From Cycas panzhihuaensis (lineage: Eukaryota; Plantae; Cycadophyta), in contig CM041465.1 of NCBI GenBank assembly GCA_023213395.1, positions 152,465,741 to 152,529,740 of the forward strand: DNA of 64,000 nucleotides. Direction: 5' to 3'. A program made the translations under genes and the position numbers. Shown one piece after another: positions 54,839-64,000 of the stretch. Below the pieces are notes generated by a model. The model saw only the letters and a list, made by a program, of their open reading frames with translations, searched no databases and had not been told where the DNA came from. The first letter of the stretch is position 1. The number at the start of each line of letters is the position of its first letter.

Positions 54839-55240
54839 CTAGAGACGACACTTAAGAATAAGGTAAACTAGACTATTAGCCTCAATATTCTAATCACAAG
54901 GGATGTATCGAATATCGACCATGGAGAAGCAAGATAGAAGAGACCTAGTAGTTGAAGTGAGGGATCTCAACTAAGGACAGAGGACCCAATAGGTTTAGGT
55001 CAACTGGGATACTATGATCTGAGAGTCACAATGTAGGACGATAGGACTATGATGGATGCAAAGTGCATTGGTTAAGGCTTCTATAGCTGATGTATACTCT
55101 ACATTGTTGTTCACAGCCTTAGGCAGATAAATCTTAGAATATATGAAATCATGCCCAGAGGGATCACATATGACATAAGTTGTAGTAGAAGGTCCCAGGT
55201 TACCACAACTACCACCATCCATGAAGATGAGTAGTGCCAT
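54839..55240 (-). pseudogene. Archaeal-type (additional) RNase H ORF of K, disrupted
   Basis: MALLIFMDGGSCGNLG...NNNVEY...HCDSQIIVSQL...YIPCD*NIEANSL...KCRL*; matches the RNase HI DG-GNPG / TNN-AEY / DSQL / HIPR-N-AD pattern. Confidence 0.88.
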
Positions 55241-56471
55241 GATTAGGGAAATAACAAGGAACTTAATGAAAAGAAGGGAGATGCTCAATAAAGGATAATG
55301 AGTCATGAAAAAAATCATAATTACTCAAAAGGCTAATCAAGAGAGGATAGGAGAGACCTATAGCCAGGTTGTTAAGCCTAAGGAGGGCCTACCCTATAAA
55401 AGGGAAGGAGCAAAGGTAAGAACATACTTAATGTCGAGGATCTAAGGTAGGTTCAAAGCCAACAAAGGGCTTGAGCTAGGGATTGGATCCCATTGGGAGC
55501 AAAATGGGCTAAAATAGACATGAAAATCAGAGTCAACTTGCCAAAATGAGTCCATGAAGTATAAACATGGATAGTGTTTTAAGCAGCATAAAATAAGGTA
55601 AAAAAGACTCCCAAAGGATACAAAAGGGGTGCTATAAATGCTAGAAAAGTTGAGAAAAATGGGCATCTAGGAGCCTAAAAGGGTAGGGACCTTAAAGAGA
55701 ACAAGGATGAGCCCAAGGATGTGGTGCTAATGACTCCATCGAAATGGGAGAAGGTTGCGAGGCTTGAAGGAGTCCCACGAATAAAGGGGGATGAGGGGGT
55801 AAAAATGGAATTCATTTTCACACTCCCTTATGTGATTTGGAGAGGAAACTACCTACTACCCTCAACTTACCACCTTGATATGAGCCTAGTAGAGGAGATC
55901 TAATCATTTGATCAACACATAAAGGAAGCCATTGAGACCACAGCTTAGTAATGGTAATAGTTAGGCCAGACCTGGTACTTAGATCTTAACCATGACTCAC
56001 TTATTTGCATCTTTTTATTAGTGCCTTTTATATACTGGGTAGTGCTTATTAGGGTGTTATAAGGCTTGACAAGACCCAATTAAGGGCTCATAAGAGGCTA
56101 AACCAAGGCTTTAGGAGGCCCTAATCCCAATGGATAAAGTGTTATTCATATTTATTTATATATTTTTTGTTTTGTTTTTATTTTATTTTATTTTAATAGG
56201 GGAATTTATGGTACCACAGATATCCCTACGGGGCATATGGAGGACCTGTAGGGCCCGCTGATATATTTACAATGTTGCGAATATATTAGTGGGGTGAAGA
56301 TGAATATAAAGAATATATGAAAATATTTAGATTTAATCAAATTTTGATGACTAATATATTGGCTAGGATGGCCCTTGGCCCTGTAGGGAGGTAAGTAACT
56401 GACTGATAATATTTGTTGGTGATTTTTAGCATCTCACCACAGTGGAAAATTACAAGAACATCGATTCATCG

Positions 56472-58263
56472 ATGATAGGATTTATAGAGTTGATGGATCA
56501 TCATGATAAGGCAACATCGAGACAATGTGGATTTTTCAAGATAGTTTATAGACCACAATATGCCTTACACTAGACACTTTTAGTTGACATCATCTCTCAT
56601 TGGGATCGATAGAGCCATGTGTTCCATCTCTCATTAGTAGGAGACATCACCATCACCCCAATGACTGGAGGATCATAGAGGTGCCTACCAGTAGAGTAAC
56701 AATGGTGTTTAGGACTTTGCCCAACATAGATGTAGCATATAGAGAGGCAACCAGATAGTTTTATGGTAGGGGTCATTAGGACTAGAGGGGGTTAGCATTT
56801 GGAACCATAGTGATGTTTAGGATTCCTCATGTAAAGAAGATGATTATCTTTACTATTTTATTCTAAAATTTCTGAAAACAAAACTATAGGGATGTGTTTG
56901 GAGTATGGATGGATATCATCAAATAATATAAGGCAGAAGAGAGGTTTGTCTGGGTCACTTTGATAGTGGCTAATCTCACGGCTCAGCTCGACCAAATCTA
57001 GGTAGCAGGATAGGGAGGACTCTCATATAACTCCCTATTTTAGTGTTGGTTCTTTGATCATTTTTTAGGAGTGGGAATAGTAATAGGACCATAACCCATA
57101 CCAGTTAGTACTCCTCTCATTCATCAATGGCCATCATGTTTCAGGGGTGTCAGAGAGCCAGCTCAGGTTAAGAGATATGTAGTAGCTACATCATTAGACA
57201 TGTTAATGGTGGATGACTATGTGAGCCAAACATAACACATCATGCATTAGGATAGTGATGCAAATGAGGGAGATGTTGCATAGGTCCTCACAGTAGAGCC
57301 AAGAGAGGAGAAGGATCAGGGAGCTCCTTCTATTAATTCAGAGGTAAAGGTAGCATTGGTGGCTACAAGAGAGGCAATTATAGCTATGATAGGAGCAAAG
57401 ATCCTCAGAGTAGAGGAGGCAGAGGTTGAGGAGACACCAGCTACTCTAAGGGATGAGAAGCTAGGAGTAGAGGAGTTGGGAGCTAAGGAGGCAGTAGCTG
57501 GAGAGGTATCAGCTAATCGTAGAGGCGAGGTCTCTCTCTTTTCATATCTATAACTTTCAATTTAGTTATTTGATTTGAGATCTTTATGATGTTATCATTT
57601 ATGTTTATGGATTTTATTTATACTCCACACTGACACATGGACTTGCATGATTGGTAGGTGGAGAGGTCATAGAGGAGATAATCAGGATAGTTATAATGGA
57701 GCTCTTCCCATAGGTGTGGGGAGGGTTGGCCTCCCATCGTAGATAATGAAGAGCCAGGCTCAATAGGACCCCACACAATGGCTTTCGCCCCCATTATTTG
57801 AGTCAGAGATATGGCCTATGGAGGCCTAGGAGAGATAGATAGAGAGGGATCAACTCCATGCAGAGAGGGACTAGCTATGAGCTTGAGTGTAGGAGTTAGA
57901 GGACTAGGCAAGGGTAGAGTGATCCAAGAAGATCTAGGGGCTAAGAGGAAGATTATAGTCCTAGAGACTCAGCTAGTGGAGGTTTAAGGATACTTATTTA
58001 GGGCACATAAGGGCCACGATTGACTGTGAGAGATGTAGGATCAATTGAATAAGGTGATAGATGAGAGAAAGTAGTTATAGTATGCTATAACCGATTAGCT
58101 AATAGATAGCAACCGGGTCTTCACATACCTACACACACACACACAACTATGCCATCCTAGAGCAGATTGAGACTAGGACCTCATAGAGATATAGGAGGAG
58201 CCTGGTCCCTGAGAGAGTAGGGTAGTGCGAGGGAGACACACCATGAGTACAACCTTCCCCTAG
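56472..58263 (+). pseudogene. Plant mobile domain (PMD, aminotransferase-like) ORF with acidic linker and coiled-coil tail, antisense within K; putative intron 57530-57657
   Basis: IISHWDR*SHVFHLSLVGDITITP, WRIIEVP, FVWVTLIVANLTAQL and SLF*CWFFDHF occur in the order of the PMD consensus motifs (VERW..ET.TFHLP.GEMTITL; YAWG.AVLA.LYRQL; LLQ.W.WEH). Confidence 0.78.
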
Positions 58264-61200
58264 ACTTTTGTATCACAATTTTAATGAGAGGAAAGCTTCA
58301 GACCTTCAGGGGGTTTTATACTTCACATATATATGATTATACATCCTCCTTGTAAGGATTCTGGCTTCCTAGGGTACATTCTACCAACACATTTTTTATT
58401 ATCATGGATGATTATGTACATATATAGAGATAGGGGAACATATTGGTACCCTATTTTAATATGAGTTTTTAATTCACTTTGATGGTTATGGATGTATGAA
58501 TACATGTGTGTATATATCTTATTATGTTATTTATTTATTTACATATCCTTTTATATAGTGTAGCACTCACACTAGGCATACATGATCATCCCGTATACTA
58601 TGTAATCTCATGTGGCTCTAGGGAGAGGAGGCCACATTTCCCTCAAAAGGAAAATAGTGATTCAAACATCAAAGAGAATAAGAACATGTACAAATACCCT
58701 AAAAGTAGTAAGAGGAGATAAGATCTATCTCAAGAAGCCCTCTATAGGTAGCAACTTATGCTCAAAAGTGAATAGTTACTTCCTAAAGAAGGAACCAAAC
58801 ATAATCATGGAGACATGCCCCTATGGTGACATATTCACCACTACCCATGGGCTAAAAGAAGGGCTATGTTTGTTGAGGGGAAATATGACACCTTCAGAAA
58901 TAAGCATAGACATCTTGACAATAAATAGAGTTACTAGAGACTCAAATGCATGCCATGCCCCTAATGAGAGTACTTGTTATTGTATTTGAATGGTAGTTTA
59001 GGCTCATTCCAAAGTGAGTGACTGGATTTCTTTCCACTTAGAAGGAGAAAGAATAAACCATAGAATTTTTTTAGAAACTTGTCGTTTATGGATTTGTCAA
59101 CCTCAAGGCCCTCTAGCTTGGTTATCCTATATGCACCATTGTCAAGGCTCTCAAGAATGACAAAAGGGCCCACCTATTTGGGGCCAAATTTTGATAGGTA
59201 ATCATAGAGATACTCTAGCTCGAGGAATTGGTCCTTGGGATTCAAGGGGTGAGGACGTAGATGCTTATCATACATCCTTTGTTCCCTAGCCTTGGATGTT
59301 TGGTTAGCTTGGTACATGGCCAAGCATCTTTCATCCACAGCCTTAAGGTTAAGGAGGCAAGCCTAGTGGTGCCATTTCTCATTGATAAACTCTTTAAGGG
59401 ATACCCTTAAAGAGAGAATCTCAACTTCTAAAGGCAAAATTATATCAATTTCATAAACCATAGAGAAAGGTGTCATCCCCATGGTAGTGCAGATCGAGGT
59501 GCGATAGGCCCACAAGGCTGAATAATCTCTTTGAGATTGGGCAATGATTTTATTTAGAATATTAATTAGGGTTTTATTGAAGATTCAATTTGGCTATTAG
59601 CCTAGGTGTAATAAAGGGATAAAGTCTTATGAGAGATCTTGAATCTCTCATAAAGCTTATCCATCTCTTTATTATAGAATGGAGTTCTATTATTTATGAT
59701 GATAATGCTTGGAATCTAAATCAATAGATAATATATTAATACACAAAGGTGATAATCATCTTACCAATTGTAGAAGATAATGGGATAGATTCATCCCATT
59801 TGGTGAAGTACTTCATTACATTTAAGATAAATTTATGATGAATTAAGGAAGGTAGAGTAATAGCTCCAATTAAGTCTAATCCCTATTGGGAGAAAGGCTA
59901 GGGGGATATGATAGCACACAACACCTTAGAAGGCTAGTGGATAACATTGGCATATTCTTAGCATTTGTTGCAACACTACACATAGGCATAAGCATCCTTA
60001 AACAAGGATGGCTAATAGTATCCCATGCAAAGGATTCTTTAGGCCATGGATTGGCCTCCAAAGTGGCCTCTACAAATGGCACTATAGCATTCATAGAGAA
60101 TCTGGCCAATCTCCTCGAGATTAAGGTAAAGAGGAGAATGCCATCAAAGGACTGCTTATCCATTATGTCCTACATAAGGAAGTATTATCAAGCGAAAGCC
60201 CTAATATGTGACTTCACTTTATCATTGGTATTATTAGGGTATTGCTATTGAGTAAGGTATTGTATAATATCCCTATACTATTTTCTATCAGCTAATGGAT
60301 GGGGGGATGCATACTAGAGAGTTAGGATGGGCTCATCCAGTAACAAATCATTAACTAGAACCCTAAGAGAAATAGGGATGGGGGCATCAATTAATTGTTC
60401 CACAACTATCATCCCCTTCCTAGACTTCTAGTTAATAATTTTAAGGTTATATTCCTAAAGGAGGATGACCCATTTGCTTATCCTTCTTGTCAAATCTGAC
60501 CAGGTTAAAAGGTATCTCATCATATCAAATTAGATGATCATGTGAGTGGTATTGCCTAAGAGGTAGTGTCTAAAACTTCTTAGTGGTGTGGACTGAGGCT
60601 AAGCACTCCTTTTCAGCTAGTAGGTAGTTCAATTCTATTGGCACCAAAATGTGACTAATAAAATAGATGGCTCTCTCAATTTTTGAGTGATCTTCTTGGG
60701 CTAGCATGGCTCCCAAGGGTTTATTAGTTATTAAGGTGTATAAAATAAAAGGACAGTCAAAGAGGAGAGAAGCCAACATGGGAGAAGATACAAGAGCCCA
60801 ATTAATCTCTTGAAATGTCTCTTGGGCCTTAGGAGACTAAACTAATGGAGCTCCCTTCTTTAGTAAGTTAGTCAAAGGTCTAGCATTTATTATAAAATTC
60901 ACCAAGAAACATCTCAAAAATCCTAACCTCCCCAAGAATGACTTTATCTATTATTAGGTTCTTGGGGGTGGCATCTTGACAATGGCCTTAAACTTGTCGG
61001 GGTCTATTTAGATTCCTTGTTTAGAGACAAGGAGACCTAAGAGCTTGTCAGATGTCATTGTAAAAATAAATTTAAGCAGGTTTAAGCTGACATGATACTT
61101 GTGGTACCTTATGAAGATGGCTCTAAAATCTATGGGATGATTGGCCCTCTTATCAGAGAGCCCCATCATATCATCCATAAAATCTTTAAGAGTTTTATTT

Positions 61201-61844
61201 ATAAGGTCATGAAAAATAAATTCCATCACCCTTTAGTAAGTGGCACCTGTATTCTTTAATCCAAAGGGTATGGCCTTGTAAGAAAAGGTCCCACATGGAG
61301 TAGTGAAGGCCGTCTTGTGATGATCTTTAAGGGATATTTGGATATGATTATATCTAAAGAAGCCATCCATTAAGGACATGCCTTAGAAGCTAGCAGTTCA
61401 ATCAATGATTTGATTAATAAACAAGGGAGAGAAGTTGCCCTTAGGACAAGTATTATTGATATCCCAAAAGTTAACATAAATCCTAATCGTCCCATTTTTT
61501 TTGGCAATAAGTATCATGTTGGAGACCCACTTAGGGTAATTAATGGAAGTAATAAGTCCTACGTCTATCAACTTTTCTACTTTTATTTTAATAACAACTA
61601 ATAGTTGAGGATGTAAAGGGCATTATTTTTATTGCACAGTGTAAACGCTCAAAATGGTAGTGAGGTTATGGGTTACAATGATAAAACCTATACCCTTCAT
61701 ATCTGAATAATCCTATGTAAAAACATCTTGGAATTCTTGGAATAATAGGGTGTATTCCTTTATCTCTTAGAAAAAAACACTTTACCCCAATCTTAATGAC
61801 CTTACCAGGGACAAGGATGATATTCTTGGTTGCCCCTATACACA

Positions 61845-63320
61845 TGGCATTCAATTGGCCAATCTACCAAATGGATGTGAAGAGTACTTTCCTTAATGAA
61901 GAGGTTACAAAAGAGGTTTCTTGAAGCAACCTCTTGTCTATGGTGTTCCAAGTAAAGAACACTTAGTTTATAAGCTCAAGAAATCTTTATATAGACTAAA
62001 GAAAGCACCACATGCTTGGTATATAAGAATTGATGCCTTCCTCACTTAGTATAGATTTTGTTATTTACCCTTTGACCTAGACTTATATATTTATGTTAGA
62101 GAAAACTTGATCACCATCATTATTTTATGTGGATGATCTAGTAATCATAGGGAACAATAGTAAAGGCATAGCTTGGCTATAGTCAGAACTAAAAGTAACT
62201 TTGAGATGATAGATATTAGGTTGCTCCATTATTTCCTTAAAATTGAAGTTTAATAGGAACTAGACCACATCTTCCTATCTTAATCAAAATATGCCAATGA
62301 ACTCTTGTAAAGATTCAAGATGATAGATTGTAAGCCAATACTAACTTCCATAGAAACATGAACCAAGTTGAACCTGGATGAACAAGGCAAATCATTTGAT
62401 CCCGCTTTATACTGATAATTAGTTGGAAGTCTTATCTACCTCACACACACTCTACCAGATATCTATTATGTAGTTAAGATTTGTTCTAGGTATATGTTAA
62501 AATCCAAAGCATCCTACTAGAATGGTATAACTATGATTCTCAAATATATTTATGGTATACATCAGTTTGGACTTGACTACAACCAAAGTAAGACTCCTAT
62601 CCTTAGCGAATACATAGATGTTGACTAGGTAAATTGCCAAGACACTCGCCATTCAACTTTAGGATATAGTTTTGACATGAATTTAGTTGCAATCTCTTAA
62701 AGTTGTAAGAAGCAGCCAAATATTACTCTTTCCTCCACTAAAGTTAAATATAAAGTAATTATTCATACCACTATGGAGTTCATTTAGCTCAGAAGAATTC
62801 TTACCAAGTTTGGACTTCAACAAACTACACCTACCACTCATTACTATGATAACCGAAGTGTATTGAAGATGACAAAGAATCTAGTCTTCTATGTTAAAAC
62901 TAAGCATATTAAGGTCTTCCATCACTTCATCCATGAGCATATGTAAAACAAATAAGTAGATATCATTTACTAATTAATTGAGGAATGTTATAGATATCTT
63001 CACCAAAGTACTTAGAAAACCAAAGTTTAAACTATTTCAACTTATATGTGTATACTAGAGGCGACCCCTATTTGTAATTTAATCATAATTTATAAATATA
63101 TCAAGTCCATCATTTGTGTTAATATGTCAGCTAATAATATTGATGTAAACATTGGTGGTATATTTATAAATTAAGCCCCACTCACCTCATTTATATATTG
63201 GATAATTATGAATGTGGAAGCTCTACCAGATTTAAGCCTTGTGGTGTAACAATTTTGCCTATGAATATTTGTCTATCTCATATCCTTATTTGTGCTTGAT
63301 TATTTTAATATTTCAATAGT
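61845..63320 (+). mobile_element. Copia RT-RH fragment with probable decayed 3' LTR
   Basis: WPIYQMDVKSTFLN, YVDDLVI, VGSLIYLTHT.PDI, DNRSVLKMTKN.VF..KTKHI motifs; boundaries approximate. Confidence 0.82.
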
Positions 63321-63399
63321 CTATAATGGTTTATTGATGATTGCATATAGATTTTAGATCTTATAGATGTTTTCTTATAACTATACATGTAAACCTCTC

Positions 63400-64000
63400 T
63401 CAAGTAGTAAGGGAAATATAAATTTTCACCTAGATTTTATGGCCCATACCAAATCTAGTAAAGGATTAGAGAATTAGCTTATGCCCTTGACTTACCTCAA
63501 GGTAGTAAGATTCACGACATCTTCTATATATCTAACCTTAAGAAATCGATGGGGTACTATGTTAGGGTGACAATTATATTACTAATAATATATGAAGAGG
63601 GAAAACTTATGTTAGAATTTGAAAGTATAACATATATTCACTAGCATAAGCTCAGATCATAAAATATTATAGAGTATCTAGTTAAATGGAAGGGGCTATG
63701 ACAGCCTAAGAGAGTGAATAATTTATTTAAAATTACCCATCATTACGAACACTTTATAGGCAAAGAAAATTTTTAGAAGGAAGGAATTTGTTATGACCTA
63801 ATATAATTATGTAACTCAGGTATAAATTTGATAAATTATTAGAAGTCAATTTTTTTTATTATTAGGGAGAAGAAATCTTATTATTATTATTGAAAGATAA
63901 GTTTTTATTAAAAAGTCATCATTTTTTAAAAGTGGCCAATGCTAACATCTATAAATAGAGAATTATCATTCATTTATAAGCTGTCTTTTGTGAGTTAATT
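63400..64000 (+). mobile_element. Chromovirus 3' end: integrase GPY/F, chromodomain, PPT, start of 3' LTR at 63789
   Basis: SPRFYGPYQI...AYALDLPQGSKIHDIFYISNLK; EYLVKWKG; PPT AGAAGGAAGGAA then TGTTATG. Confidence 0.82.

Larger units (their letters stand above)
54839..61850 (-). mobile_element. Tat-like Ty3/gypsy element K (RT-RH-INT ~61850-59050, antisense PMD ORF, stand-alone aRNase H); LTRs not found
   Basis: ORFs 61008-61229 (RT, FMDDMM), 60570-60779 (RH), 59876-60163 and 58961-59173 (INT, GPF/GAY); clearly related to J. Confidence 0.88.

Noticed and set aside
56831-56889. Possible GT-AG intron in the PMD ORF
   Set aside because: Translates approximately in frame between consecutive PMD motifs, so more likely decayed coding sequence.

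Overview
AT-rich (by eye ~30% GC) plant-type heterochromatic window made almost entirely of old, nested, decayed LTR retrotransposons. No intact host protein-coding gene was recognised. The lineage mix (Tat-like elements with an extra RNase H, CRM-like gypsy, several copia families) suggests a large non-angiosperm or gymnosperm-like genome; this is inference only. Left half (1-30 kb) is a Russian-doll nest. Copia A (+) is interrupted by gag-only copia derivative B (+). B is interrupted by CRM-like gypsy C (-) and by full-length copia D (-, 8661-16813, TSD CATCT), and D carries a 323-bp TRIM. A is also interrupted by degenerate copia F (-, 21019-29108), which contains gag-protease-only gypsy G with a shared (PBS+PPT) LTR. 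The middle holds a 3.5-kb non-autonomous LTR element H, LTR remnants, a tRNA-Thr(TGT) pseudogene and copia RT-RH fragments. The right half holds two convergent Tat-like Ty3/gypsy elements (J +, K -). Each has a stand-alone 402-nt archaeal-type RNase H ORF downstream of integrase, and K also has an antisense, apparently intron-containing plant-mobile-domain (PMD) ORF set head-to-head with that RNase H. Copia and chromovirus 3' fragments end the window. All alignments and identities were done by eye, and boundaries marked approximate should be checked computationally.
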